A stretch of DNA of 64,000 nucleotides from a virus (IMGVR_UViG_3300035698_031678:32001-96000); one strand, 5' to 3'; positions 38,842 through 48,808 are shown, numbered from the stretch's first letter. Program-made: numbers and translations. Notes: a model not told the origin generated them from the sequence alone.

Positions 38842-40484
38842 AAGGTACTTCCGAATAGTTTACTAGCATCTAGAGCAGTCATTGGATGACCACTAGTCTT
38901 TAGCATTTCTTGCAAATCTTCTGATTCAAGATACATTTCACCATTACCATTGTTAAATATACTTTCCACACCACTCTTTGGTCTAGGCATTGCGTCTTTA
39001 AGATTTAATGTAAAACTTATTCCTGTAGGAAAGTCGTCTGCACCTAGCTCTTCTGAAAGCCTAAATTCCCAACTTGTTGCTATGAGGTTTCCAATCATTG
39101 CTATTGGGTTATAAGGATTACCTACTGTCATGTGATATTCTCCAACGTGTTCTCCAGACAATAAAGCTTTAAAACCCATTACTTGTCGTCTGTTTCTACC
39201 TGACAATAGTTCCATACCAGCACCACCTAGTTTTTTAAAACCATCCGTTATGCTAGATAGGTTACCGCTCAATAGTCCACTTATAATGCCACCAAACATG
39301 TCTCCTATATTTCCTAAAGCTGACTTCATGTCACCCATTATACTGTCTGTATATTCAGCGCTTTTACCTTCATAAAATGCTTTTTGATCACCTAGAAAAG
39401 GATATCTAGGGCTATTAGGAAAGAATCTTATACTACCACCCCAAAAGTTACCATCTTGGTAAGCTAATGCTAAGAAGTTGCTTATTAAGTCTAACATAGC
39501 CATTTTAGGGTTTATTCCATCATAGCTTCTTAGTTGGTAGTCGAATGTAACAGAGTAATCTTTGACACCAGCCTCTATACCATTATCTCTTATGTGTGTT
39601 TTCTTTATTACGTTAACATCACCTCTAACACTGTTTTCCCAATTAAATTTCTTTGCAAATTCTATATTTCTAGCTTGCCTTTGTGAAGTGTCCCCTTTAC
39701 CAGTGAGAGCCGAAACTCCTTTAAGCAAAGTATTTGTTCTTCTACCACCCTTTAGAGGAGAATCATCAAAACCCTGGTTGTTTCCTTGTATGTCTTGAAA
39801 ATCTGCAGTTAGTTCTTTCCAAGCAACCTCACCTTTTACATTTAGTAATTTTTGTAAAGAATTTTCCGTTGGGCTTCCAAAGTAGGTAACTGCCTGGGCT
39901 AGTGGTCTAACTTTCTTTTCAGCATTGTCTAACCTAGGAAAACTTAGGTTATCATATGTTGGGTGTGGAAACCTTCTAACAGTTATTATTCTGTTTTCTG
40001 GCAACTTATTTAGGTGCTTTAGATATGCAAAATCGGAATAGTAATAAGGTTTACTTGGATAATCTGTATGGTTAAAATCTTTAACCAATTTCCCCACACT
40101 TATTTCTTCTCCATCACTAAATATTCCATTTTCTTGGTCGTAAAAATCTGTAATAACATTAGTCGGGTCTCCTTTATGGTAGCTAAATAAGGCATAAGGA
40201 TTAAATATAGATTTTACACCTGTTTTGTTAGCACCCTGACCAACATTTAAAGTACTAGTCTTTATTTCTTTATAATTTTGCGATAAGTTGTTATTGGTAA
40301 AGTTCTCAGAATTTTCGTCTCCAAATACTCTGTTGTCTATAGCTGGTGGTAAACCTACAGAAGCGGAAACATCCCTTTCTTTATTAACTACATCAATATC
40401 AGAGATAGTTGGACTCCTTTCAAAAACAGAATCAACCGCATCATTTATTTGCCCTATTATATTGTTACCTATACCGAAAGCCAT
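38838..40484 (-). CDS. putative baseplate/tail-tube initiator-like structural protein
   Basis: 548 aa; GATAAATA upstream (40497-40504); C-terminal GNPYNPIAMIGNLI...FPTGISFTLNL gp48/54-like pattern. Confidence 0.5.
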   Translation of the reverse strand: MAFGIGNNIIGQINDAVDSVFERSPTISDIDVVNKERDVSASVGLPPAIDNRVFGDENSENFTNNNLSQNYKEIKTSTLNVGQGANKTGVKSIFNPYALFSYHKGDPTNVITDFYDQENGIFSDGEEISVGKLVKDFNHTDYPSKPYYYSDFAYLKHLNKLPENRIITVRRFPHPTYDNLSFPRLDNAEKKVRPLAQAVTYFGSPTENSLQKLLNVKGEVAWKELTADFQDIQGNNQGFDDSPLKGGRRTNTLLKGVSALTGKGDTSQRQARNIEFAKKFNWENSVRGDVNVIKKTHIRDNGIEAGVKDYSVTFDYQLRSYDGINPKMAMLDLISNFLALAYQDGNFWGGSIRFFPNSPRYPFLGDQKAFYEGKSAEYTDSIMGDMKSALGNIGDMFGGIISGLLSGNLSSITDGFKKLGGAGMELLSGRNRRQVMGFKALLSGEHVGEYHMTVGNPYNPIAMIGNLIATSWEFRLSEELGADDFPTGISFTLNLKDAMPRPKSGVESIFNNGNGEMYLESEDLQEMLKTSGHPMTALDASKLFGSTF

Positions 40485-40549
40485 CTTTGATTTAGCTATT
40501 TATCTGATTTAGAGATAGTAAGAATTGTAATATATAACTAAACAGAGTA

Positions 40550-41107
40550 ATGAGTTCAATTAAGTTAGTTCCTTCTACACCCACCACTATATCTACACCT
40601 AGAGTGGGTCAGATGTCTCTGTTCATAGACTCTTCTAATAGCAATTCTCTTAGTTTGCTGGACTCTGATAGAGCTGTTTTGGTTATAGGTAGCGGTGGAG
40701 TTAGTAACGCTGTTTCTGACTACAAGATATTTGACAACATTGCTGCTAGGGATGATTTACCATCAGCGCAAAGAAAAGATGGAACACTAGTATACGTAAA
40801 AAATACTTCAGGAAGTTCTATAAATCCTAGCCCGAAATTTTATAATCTTAGAGGTGGTATAGAAAACACAAATTGGGTTGATTCTTTTGATATAAAACAA
40901 GCCACACTGACATACGGTAATGATGGTTATGCGGAATTACCTGTACCTCTAAATTTTAATAAAAGCATAGACGTTTACCACAGAGGTATTAGAGTTATTC
41001 TAGATTTACATTACAAGTTCGAAAGTAGTAGGAAACTTGTATGGCTAGATTACAATGGTGTTGCTATTGAACCAGGTGAAAATCTAATAATAAAATACTA
41101 CGAATAA
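40550..41107 (+). CDS. fibre/decoration protein
   Basis: DNIAARDDLPSAQRKDGTLVYV fibre knob motif; AATATATA at 40529-40536. Confidence 0.6.
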   Translation: MSSIKLVPSTPTTISTPRVGQMSLFIDSSNSNSLSLLDSDRAVLVIGSGGVSNAVSDYKIFDNIAARDDLPSAQRKDGTLVYVKNTSGSSINPSPKFYNLRGGIENTNWVDSFDIKQATLTYGNDGYAELPVPLNFNKSIDVYHRGIRVILDLHYKFESSRKLVWLDYNGVAIEPGENLIIKYYE

Positions 41108-41110
41108 AAG

Positions 41111-41941
41111 ATGGCTTACTTAGAAATCAAACATGTAATTGGTCTTATAGAAGCTCTAGAAATTAGAGCATTATCTGAAGACATAGTAAGGCAAGATTTA
41201 GAAGGTCTAAACGTAAGTGAATTTAGGCAAGGAATAGACGTATACAATAAGGAACAAGTTAATTCTTTAGTTGTTGGTTCTAATAAAGTCAGGAAATTTA
41301 AGACCTTTTCTATATTTGAAAACTCTAGTGGTTGGCAATCCTTAGATAAGGCTTTTGTATCAGATGATGGTGATGAAAAGTGGGCTGTATACATGGCTAC
41401 TAAGGACACTTCTGGTGTATCCGTTAGTTACGAATCTGCTGAATTTGTTAAAATCTCTGACGAAGATGCTATAGGTAATGCTCTATCTGCGACTACTGTA
41501 TTAGAAGCCTTAGAAAGAAATGGGGATGGTATCAACTCTATAGTGGGTATGAAACTAAGTGAGAGAAACAAATTAGCGTTTCTTAAAAACCTCACTTCTG
41601 ATGCAAATATGGGAAACATAGCGGTCAATACTAACGCTATTGTAACTTTAAATGAGACTTTAACAGGTATAGACGATATTTTTAACGCCATAAATGAAAC
41701 TGTAAATGGGTTTCAAAAAGTTGTAGACGATTTTGTTTCAGAACCTAATGAAAACACTACTAATATTGAATCTAATACAGGCAGAATCGAAAGCTTAGAA
41801 AGTGATTTTAGTGATATGCCATCAATCTCTTTAACATCTGATCTTGAAAATGATGGTGATGATGGTGAAAACCCTTTTATTAATAAAAATGATATAGATA
41901 TTGGTAATGCTGCTCTCGAATTTGAAAACGGTCTAGCCTAA
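41111..41941 (+). CDS. fibre protein
   Basis: AFVSDDGDEKWAVY, TSDLENDG repeat, C-terminal ALEFENGLA. Confidence 0.6.
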   Translation: MAYLEIKHVIGLIEALEIRALSEDIVRQDLEGLNVSEFRQGIDVYNKEQVNSLVVGSNKVRKFKTFSIFENSSGWQSLDKAFVSDDGDEKWAVYMATKDTSGVSVSYESAEFVKISDEDAIGNALSATTVLEALERNGDGINSIVGMKLSERNKLAFLKNLTSDANMGNIAVNTNAIVTLNETLTGIDDIFNAINETVNGFQKVVDDFVSEPNENTTNIESNTGRIESLESDFSDMPSISLTSDLENDGDDGENPFINKNDIDIGNAALEFENGLA

Positions 41942-41989
41942 TATCTCTAATAAATATACAGAACAAAAAAAAACTTAAAAAATTAAAAA

Positions 41990-42631
41990 ATGAGCTTACA
42001 AACTAAAGTTTCGGATTTAGTAACTAGAATTGCTACCGAATTTAAAACAGTGAAAACATTGATTTCTGGTAATAATTCAGGAACTTTGTCTTCTTTAACA
42101 ACAACAAACAAATCTAGTTTATTGGCAGCAGTAAACGAAATAGTCAGCGACCTTGGTGGGAAAGAGGATAATCTTGGGTTTACTCCTGAAAACAGCTCTA
42201 ATAAGGGTTCTGCAAACGGTTATGCTTCTCTAGATGGTGGAGGAAGAGTACCAGCAGCGCAATTACCTGGTTTTCTAGATGACGTACTAGATTTTGATGA
42301 TCTTGCTTCATTTCCTAGTGGTGGTGACAGTGGTGTTTTATACGTTGCTACAGATACAAACATAGTTTACAGGTGGACAGGTAGTGCTTATGTTGCTACA
42401 AATGGTGCATTAGCTTTAGGAGAAACTTCTTCAACAGCTTATAGAGGTGATAGAGGTAAAACTGCTTACGATCACTCCCAAGCTACTGGTAATCCACACT
42501 CTACTACTTATTCTCAATTAGGTAGTAAGCCTACTACTATTTCTGGTTTTAGCATTACTGATGCTTTTACTAAATCAGAAATTGGGGATGTTACTACTAA
42601 TTTTGTAACTGCATTCGAAGCAGCATTATAA
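41990..42631 (+). CDS. fibre protein
   Basis: LTTTNKSSLLAAVNE, NKGSANGYASLDGGGRVPAAQLP, LGETSSTAYRGDRGKTAYDHSQ, KPTTISGFSITDA. Confidence 0.8.
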   Translation: MSLQTKVSDLVTRIATEFKTVKTLISGNNSGTLSSLTTTNKSSLLAAVNEIVSDLGGKEDNLGFTPENSSNKGSANGYASLDGGGRVPAAQLPGFLDDVLDFDDLASFPSGGDSGVLYVATDTNIVYRWTGSAYVATNGALALGETSSTAYRGDRGKTAYDHSQATGNPHSTTYSQLGSKPTTISGFSITDAFTKSEIGDVTTNFVTAFEAAL

Positions 42632-42640
42632 TAGAACATT

Positions 42641-43246
42641 ATGAGTTTAATAAGCGGATTAGTTTCAGCAATACAAAGAATAGCTACCGAATTTGGTTCG
42701 GTAGCTAATCTTATAAACCAAAAAGTCGATAAGGTAAACAATAAAAGTTTGCTATTAAATTCTGAAATTACCAGATTAGATACTTTGGATATACCTTTTA
42801 AGGAGTATGCAAGCGAGTCCGCTATTTTTAACGATCAATCAAACCAAAAAGTAAGCCACAGCTGTTATAATAAAGATACCGAAAACCTTTACATTTATTT
42901 AGGCACTACAAATGGGGACGAAGATGACTACCATATAATCTATTCAGGTAGGTTAGTAAAAAGTATACCTGATTCAAGCTACACATTAGAAATAAAAGAT
43001 AAAAATCGTTATTTAGAGTTTTCTAACCAATGTGTAGTAACAGTCCCTTTGGGTCTTCCAGCTAATTTAGATTTTCAAGGAGAAGCCATATCAACTAAAC
43101 CAGTAACTTTTGTTGCTGCTCAAAATGGCACTTTAAATTATCCATCACAATGTGAAAATATGATAGGAGGTCAATATGGGACATTTGGAATTAGAACCAA
43201 AGAAGATAACGTGTCTACTTTATTAGGATTCTTAAAACTTAGTTAA
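42641..43246 (+). CDS. fibre/adaptor protein
   Basis: N-terminus paralogous to 41990 (RIATEF); KVDKV..KSL motif. Confidence 0.65.
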   Translation: MSLISGLVSAIQRIATEFGSVANLINQKVDKVNNKSLLLNSEITRLDTLDIPFKEYASESAIFNDQSNQKVSHSCYNKDTENLYIYLGTTNGDEDDYHIIYSGRLVKSIPDSSYTLEIKDKNRYLEFSNQCVVTVPLGLPANLDFQGEAISTKPVTFVAAQNGTLNYPSQCENMIGGQYGTFGIRTKEDNVSTLLGFLKLS

Positions 43247-43247
43247 T

Positions 43248-44651
43248 ATGGACATGCAAATAATAGCTTCTAGTAGGCTAAGAATATCTCCAGTATCTAA
43301 TTTTATCTTTAGGGTGCTTAGTAGTTCAAATAAAACCTACGAGATCCCTACAATACCAGGAGGAACATATAATTATGGAGTACTTACTTCGGATGGACAA
43401 TCATTTACTGGTCAAACGGGTAACCTTAATATAAATTTTGATGAACCAATTACAGAATACATTATTCAAATCACAGGGGTTTTCCCTAGCTTATATATAA
43501 ATAACTCAAGTACTCACAGAGATAAAATACTAGAAGTAATTACTTTTGGAATATATGGTTTAAACTCTACAACTCAAATTGGAGCATTTTTTGGGGCAAA
43601 CAACTTGATTATCACAGCTACTGATGGTAGCAATTTTGGCACAGTAAAAGACTTTAGCAGTACATGGTATAATTGTACTGGATTAACTTCTTTTCCTCTT
43701 ATAGATACTTCAGGTGGAAATAACTTTAGTAACACTTGGAGAGGTTGTCAAGCTTTAACTTCATTCCCAGCTTTAGACTTTACAGGAACACAGTCCCTAA
43801 GTCTTACTTGGGTTAACTGTACTGGACTAACTTCGTTTTCTCTTATAAGTACAGCAGGAGTGCAGAACTTTCAATACGCATGGTATAATTGCAATTCATT
43901 ACCATCATTCCCACTTATAGACATGAGTAGTGCTACTACCCTAACTTTAACATGGTATAATTGTACTGAATTAATGTCATTTCCACAAGTAGATTTATCT
44001 AACTGTGTATCACTTAGTAACACTTGGAGAAACTGTACGAGATTAACTTCATTCCCACTATTAGATACATCTAGTTGTTCTTCGTTTAGCCTTACTTGGA
44101 GCAATTGTAATAGCCTACCTTCATTTCCTCTTATAGATATTAGTAGTTGTATTAGTATGAATAGTACTTGGCAAGATTGCTCTGGACTAAAATCTTTCCC
44201 ATTAATAGATTTTAAGAACGTTACTACTCTTAATAACACTTGGAGAGGGTGTTCTGAATTAAATACATTCCCACTTATAAATACTGCTAAAGTAAGAAAT
44301 TTTCTCCATACTTGGAGAGGGTGTTCTAAATTAACTTCATTCCCTTCAATATCCTTAGCAGAAGCCACTGGCACTGGGCTTTCTGATACTTGGAGAGATT
44401 GTACATCTTTAAGTGATTTCCCTTCAGAGATTTTCGAAGGAATAGGTGTGAACAGATTTGATAGAACTTTTATGAATACTGATTTGAGCAAGAGTTCAAT
44501 AGATAAGATATTATTAGCTATTGACTCTAACGAAAATAGTAATGGCATTTTCTTTCAAAGTGGAGGTTCTGCTCCTTCAATAACAGGAACAAAAGCTATA
44601 GATAGGCTAAGGGGTAGAGATTGGGATATAACAGTAACAGGAGGTTATTAA
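43248..44651 (+). CDS. BspA/DUF285-like repeat protein, probable receptor-binding protein
   Basis: Eleven ~24-aa TW.NC..L.SFPLID repeats at the end of the fibre cluster. Confidence 0.75.
   Translation: MDMQIIASSRLRISPVSNFIFRVLSSSNKTYEIPTIPGGTYNYGVLTSDGQSFTGQTGNLNINFDEPITEYIIQITGVFPSLYINNSSTHRDKILEVITFGIYGLNSTTQIGAFFGANNLIITATDGSNFGTVKDFSSTWYNCTGLTSFPLIDTSGGNNFSNTWRGCQALTSFPALDFTGTQSLSLTWVNCTGLTSFSLISTAGVQNFQYAWYNCNSLPSFPLIDMSSATTLTLTWYNCTELMSFPQVDLSNCVSLSNTWRNCTRLTSFPLLDTSSCSSFSLTWSNCNSLPSFPLIDISSCISMNSTWQDCSGLKSFPLIDFKNVTTLNNTWRGCSELNTFPLINTAKVRNFLHTWRGCSKLTSFPSISLAEATGTGLSDTWRDCTSLSDFPSEIFEGIGVNRFDRTFMNTDLSKSSIDKILLAIDSNENSNGIFFQSGGSAPSITGTKAIDRLRGRDWDITVTGGY
43650..44425 (+). repeat. 72-bp coding tandem repeat, 11 units
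   Basis: Trp TGG codons at 43665, 43737 ... 44313 (period 72), then 44391. Confidence 0.85.
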
Positions 44652-44668
44652 TTAATAAAAAACGAGAC

Positions 44669-45298
44669 ATGAAAATAAGACATGAAGGAACAGATAAAGT
44701 AACTTACACTCAATGGGGTGAAAGACTAGCAGGCTTTATGAATAACCCAAACAGGATTACAAGTAATAACCAACCAGAAAATAAAGATAGCTACCCTAGA
44801 ATTGATATTGATATATTCAGTGTAATAGATGGTTTTGAAGCAAAAGTAAGATACTATCAAACCTTCAATCCTAATGAAGAACTTACAAAAGTTCAAAGAG
44901 ATCAACAACTTGAAATAATTTTAATAAAAGCAAACCATGAGAACGTTCTTATTAATTCTGGCATAGAGCTTACAAATGAAGCCAACCATCAAATAAATCA
45001 AGATAATCCAGGCGAAGATTCCATAGTTCCTATTAATCTTGTTGAACTGCTAACTATTGATCAAGTATCATTACCTATAGTGCCGTTTAAAACTAGATTA
45101 ATATTTAGTTATCCTTATAAATCGAATTTAGAAAAAACCCACGCAATGTTAACAGCAGAAGGGGACAACCCAGAATTAAAAGACCTTAAAGGTCTAGAAC
45201 TAGTAAGAGGTCTATTAAAAATAATGGTAATGGCAGATATATTGGAAAACAATGTATTTGGGCTAACTAAAGAAAAATGGGTTCAATCATTAATATAA
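44669..45298 (+). CDS. hypothetical protein
   Basis: ATG (MKIRHEG) downstream of the track's TTG start avoids overlap. Confidence 0.55.
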   Translation: MKIRHEGTDKVTYTQWGERLAGFMNNPNRITSNNQPENKDSYPRIDIDIFSVIDGFEAKVRYYQTFNPNEELTKVQRDQQLEIILIKANHENVLINSGIELTNEANHQINQDNPGEDSIVPINLVELLTIDQVSLPIVPFKTRLIFSYPYKSNLEKTHAMLTAEGDNPELKDLKGLELVRGLLKIMVMADILENNVFGLTKEKWVQSLI

Positions 45299-45302
45299 AG
45301 TT

Positions 45303-45797
45303 ATGAAATTAAAATCTACATCAAACTATTTTAAGCAATCTAAGGCTAACCTTTTGTTGTGCTATAAAGACATGTTATGGATCCTGGAAAACAGAGGATT
45401 TTCAGAGAAAGAAATTGGCTATTTTGAATCATCTTACAATTATTTTTGTCTATTTCCAGATGAATATGATGGTGCTACAGCTACTCAAGATCTTGTAGAC
45501 GTTCCAGCTAAAGAATTAGGCTATGATGGTCTAGAATTTTCTTCTATGGTTCATGACTGGATATATGTTTCCCTAAGGGCTAGATACTCTGTAATTCAAA
45601 TGAGAGCTGCTGATGAAATAATGGAAATTATTATGAAAAAAATGAATAAGAGCAAATTTGAAATAACATGGAGATTATTTAGATTAGCCATCATTAGAAG
45701 ACCATTTGCTATATGGAATACTTTAAAAACTTGGTTTAAAATTAAACCCCTAGCAGATTTGATTAATGAGATGTATATAATTTTTGTTAAAATTTAG
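45303..45797 (+). CDS. DUF1353-like protein
   Basis: YDGAT...SMVHDWIY...AADEIM motif. Confidence 0.6.
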   Translation: MKLKSTSNYFKQSKANLLLCYKDMLWILENRGFSEKEIGYFESSYNYFCLFPDEYDGATATQDLVDVPAKELGYDGLEFSSMVHDWIYVSLRARYSVIQMRAADEIMEIIMKKMNKSKFEITWRLFRLAIIRRPFAIWNTLKTWFKIKPLADLINEMYIIFVKI

Positions 45798-45799
45798 AT

Positions 45800-46327
45800 A
45801 TGAAAACAATAAAAACAGTACTAGAAAATTTTTCAACAATAAGACCTTTTGTTGTGTTTTTGTTGTGTTTATTAGTAACAATAATATCTATAAGAAACTC
45901 TAATGACGAAACTGCAAAAACAACTAGGTCTGTAGTTTTTTGGCGTTTGATGCCTACTTCTATATTATTGTTAGGTTTTAATCAGCTCTCAAATCTTTTT
46001 CTAGAGATACCAATAATAAGCGTTTTAAGTTCAATATCTTTAACTTTGCTGATTCCAATATTATCTTATTTTATATACTCTATACAGAAAAATAGGAAAC
46101 ATTGGAACGAACTTAAAACTAGTTCGGAAGTTAGCAAAATAATTAATGACAACAATATAAAGCTTTCCGACTTTGTTTTTGAAGTTTTAAATTCAAAAAT
46201 TAGTAAAGCTGAAATTATAATTGAAATGGAACTGTTAAAAAGAAAATGTATTGAGGCTAACATAGAAGAACAAAGTTGCGATATAGCTGAGCTTATGATA
46301 AATATGCTAAATAAGAAAAATGCTTAA
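45800..46327 (+). CDS. membrane protein (about 3 TM), lysis cassette
   Basis: Three hydrophobic stretches in the N-terminal half. Confidence 0.6.
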   Translation: MKTIKTVLENFSTIRPFVVFLLCLLVTIISIRNSNDETAKTTRSVVFWRLMPTSILLLGFNQLSNLFLEIPIISVLSSISLTLLIPILSYFIYSIQKNRKHWNELKTSSEVSKIINDNNIKLSDFVFEVLNSKISKAEIIIEMELLKRKCIEANIEEQSCDIAELMINMLNKKNA

Positions 46328-46628
46328 TTTCTTACTGTCTTTTAATCAAGTTCCAATCGATACAGAAGGTTTTAAAGGACTGTTAACCTTAGAAGGAATA
46401 ACCGCTGCTGGTTTATTAGTTTGTGTCTGTGTTTACATGGGCTGGCAATTGAGGATTGAAAGAAAAGAGAAAAAAATTGTAGAGTTAGCTAGACAAAAAT
46501 CTGAAGAAGATAGGATTCAAGACATGAAAGATTATAACTTGAAATTTGAAGCAGTTGCTAAAGAACAGTTTAACTTTCTTAGCCAAATGAAAGAACTTTT
46601 CTTAAATGTTAATAATACAATTAAATAA
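46320..46628 (+). CDS. putative holin
   Basis: Single TM (ITAAGLLVCVCVYMGW) plus charged coiled coil, upstream of amidase. Confidence 0.5.
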   Translation: MLNFLLSFNQVPIDTEGFKGLLTLEGITAAGLLVCVCVYMGWQLRIERKEKKIVELARQKSEEDRIQDMKDYNLKFEAVAKEQFNFLSQMKELFLNVNNTIK

Positions 46629-47116
46629 TGGAAATTTTAGAGATCAGTAAGTTAGAACAACACAAAGCTAACATAGATGAAACCATGAAAAGTACATCAA
46701 TGGCTATTAACGAAGTTTTTAGTGATATGTTTTATGAGAGGTTTATAACAGGTCAAGATGTTAATTTTGACCTTCTACAATCTGTACTGTTTGACAAGGT
46801 GGTTTCTATACCAGAAGTAAAAGGTGGGTATATTTACACAAAAAGAGTTGTTGTTAAAAATCCTAATAATAACATAAGGTATTACACTGATTGGAGTCCA
46901 GGAGCAACTGCTGTTAGACACTGCCATAGTGATGCTAATGAAAAAATAACATCAATAAACGGTAGGTATAAGTGGTTTATATTGTTAGAAAACGGTACTA
47001 CTGATACAGGTTTTCTAAATCCTGGAGAGTTTTTAGAAATAAGTGCTGGAGTTTGGCATCAGATTACTGCAATTACAGGAGGAAACCTTCAAGCAGATTT
47101 CACTAAAGTAAGTTAG
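46628..47116 (+). CDS. cupin-domain protein
   Basis: PGATAVRHCHSDANE...LNPGEFLEISAGVWHQI cupin motifs. Confidence 0.75.
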   Translation: MEILEISKLEQHKANIDETMKSTSMAINEVFSDMFYERFITGQDVNFDLLQSVLFDKVVSIPEVKGGYIYTKRVVVKNPNNNIRYYTDWSPGATAVRHCHSDANEKITSINGRYKWFILLENGTTDTGFLNPGEFLEISAGVWHQITAITGGNLQADFTKVS

Positions 47117-47159
47117 TAACTGAAACTAACTTTTGATATTCTTAAGGTAAATAGAAACA

Positions 47160-47513
47160 ATGAAAACAAAACTATTAAAAGTTTACGATGAAATTGCTGG
47201 AAGAATCTCTACTAAGAACTTAGAAGTTGATGAAATATTTGCAATTATAAAATTTCAGAAGGCTATAAAAGAAAAGATAGATGGTTCTAGAGAAGTTCAG
47301 ATCTCACTTTTTAAACATTATGAGGTAAACCGAGACGAAGCTGGAAATCACGATTGGGCTGACCACGCTGACAAAGAAGAGATTACCAGTAAATTAAAAG
47401 ACATAATGGAAATGGATCACGAGGTGTTTCTTGAAGGTGTTTCCAAAGAAAAACTAGTAGAGGCAAGCATAGGTATGAGTATAGCCCAAATAACTCTTTT
47501 GCTAGAAATTTAA
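47160..47513 (+). CDS. hypothetical protein (DUF1617-like helical)
   Basis: 117-aa ORF. Confidence 0.5.
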   Translation: MKTKLLKVYDEIAGRISTKNLEVDEIFAIIKFQKAIKEKIDGSREVQISLFKHYEVNRDEAGNHDWADHADKEEITSKLKDIMEMDHEVFLEGVSKEKLVEASIGMSIAQITLLLEI

Positions 47514-47524
47514 AATTTAATATC

Positions 47525-48154
47525 ATGAAAATAAAAGAAACTTATTTAGCTAGTGGTGGTTTTATGCCAATGTTAGATGCTGGTCATGCTGGCATGTCAA
47601 TGGGAAGTTATGGAACACCTGGTAAACGTTCACCAGACTGGGATAAAGGTGTTTATTATGAAGGGATGGGTAACCGTTGGTTTGTCAATGACATAATCAA
47701 AGAACTAGACCTTAGGAAAATACCTTATGCAACTGTTCATGATATTTATGATGATACTTCTCTTAGTAACAGAGTTAAAAATGCAAATGGCATCTTCAAG
47801 AAAAATCCTAAGGCTTATTTACTTAGCATCCACAGTAATGCTGGTGGTGGTACAGGATTCGAAGGATTTACCAGCGTTAATGAGACAATGAGTGATGTTA
47901 TTATTGAAAAATTCTTGCAAGCGCTCAAAGACGATTTTCCTGAAATGAAGCTGAGAAGTGACACAGTTGATGGAGACCTGGATAAAGAGGCTCAATTTAC
48001 AGTACTAACCGACACTCACTGTCCAGCAATGCTTTTAGAGTTTCTTTTTATGGACAACAAGAAAGACTACGATCTTCTATGGGATATGTCTTTTAGAAAG
48101 AGAATAGTTGATAGTACAGTTTGTGTTATAGAGAAGCTGTACAGAGGTAATTAG
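47525..48154 (+). CDS. N-acetylmuramoyl-L-alanine amidase (Amidase_3) endolysin
   Basis: LDAGHAG, YE, SLSNRV..AN, LSIHSNA, PAMLLE. Confidence 0.93.
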   Translation: MKIKETYLASGGFMPMLDAGHAGMSMGSYGTPGKRSPDWDKGVYYEGMGNRWFVNDIIKELDLRKIPYATVHDIYDDTSLSNRVKNANGIFKKNPKAYLLSIHSNAGGGTGFEGFTSVNETMSDVIIEKFLQALKDDFPEMKLRSDTVDGDLDKEAQFTVLTDTHCPAMLLEFLFMDNKKDYDLLWDMSFRKRIVDSTVCVIEKLYRGN

Positions 48155-48183
48155 AAAAAAAAAAAAAAAAGAAAAATTTACTA

Positions 48184-48223
48184 TTAAGTGCCATTATTGA
48201 AAAAATTCGATAATGGCACTTAA
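48184..48223. promoter_or_regulatory. 18-bp hairpin containing ATG 48213, preceded by A16
   Basis: TTAAGTGCCATTATTGAA-AAAA-TTCGATAATGGCACTTAA; A run at 48155-48170. Confidence 0.65.
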
Positions 48224-48515
48224 AATGGAAGAACAAACAAAAATGAAGAGACTTAAAGATTTTAAAGATCTTTTCAAATTCTGGGGTAATTTTTCTAATA
48301 AAACCAACAATAATAGAGTTACGGTGTACCTGGTTAGTGGATTAACTATGGGTTCAATTTCTACCGTAATAAGTAGAAAAATTAGATTACTCTTAGAAGA
48401 GCTTTCCGAAACAATTATCTTACATGATAAGGTTTGCTATACGGTAAGAGAACTTTACATTAAAGAAAATAGAACAATTATAATAACTAAAAGTAAAATT
48501 AACAAAATAAAATAA
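48213..48515 (+). CDS. hypothetical protein
   Basis: 100-aa ORF, start uncertain. Confidence 0.45.
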   Translation: MALKMEEQTKMKRLKDFKDLFKFWGNFSNKTNNNRVTVYLVSGLTMGSISTVISRKIRLLLEELSETIILHDKVCYTVRELYIKENRTIIITKSKINKIK

Positions 48516-48808
48516 TGGCAAATCTATCAAAACAAAAAGACCTATCTAAATCAGAATTAGGAGAGGTTCTAGACAATTACAGCACATTAATTAAATTGCA
48601 AAACAACGAAGAAAACTACCTAGATGTATCTTTGAATAAATCATGTGTAGCTGGGAAAGTAAAACTTAGCAAAGTAACTACAAATGAAATGAGGTTTTAC
48701 GATGGCAAAACTGTAAGTAGAAAAGGCGTGTTTTATGAATTTAAGATGGGTCGTTTTGGAATAATGGAATGGGTTATTATCAGAAAAATAGAAATAATAA
48801 ACCTATAA
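48515..48808 (+). CDS. hypothetical protein
   Basis: 97-aa coupled ORF. Confidence 0.55.
   Translation: MANLSKQKDLSKSELGEVLDNYSTLIKLQNNEENYLDVSLNKSCVAGKVKLSKVTTNEMRFYDGKTVSRKGVFYEFKMGRFGIMEWVIIRKIEIINL

Noticed and set aside
43650-44425. CRISPR array or DGR template/variable repeat
   Set aside because: Repeats are degenerate, in-frame coding units without unique spacers; no reverse transcriptase or adenine-specific pair seen
43871-44548. 225-aa antisense ORF with repeats
   Set aside because: Mirror of the 72-bp repeat gene on the + strand
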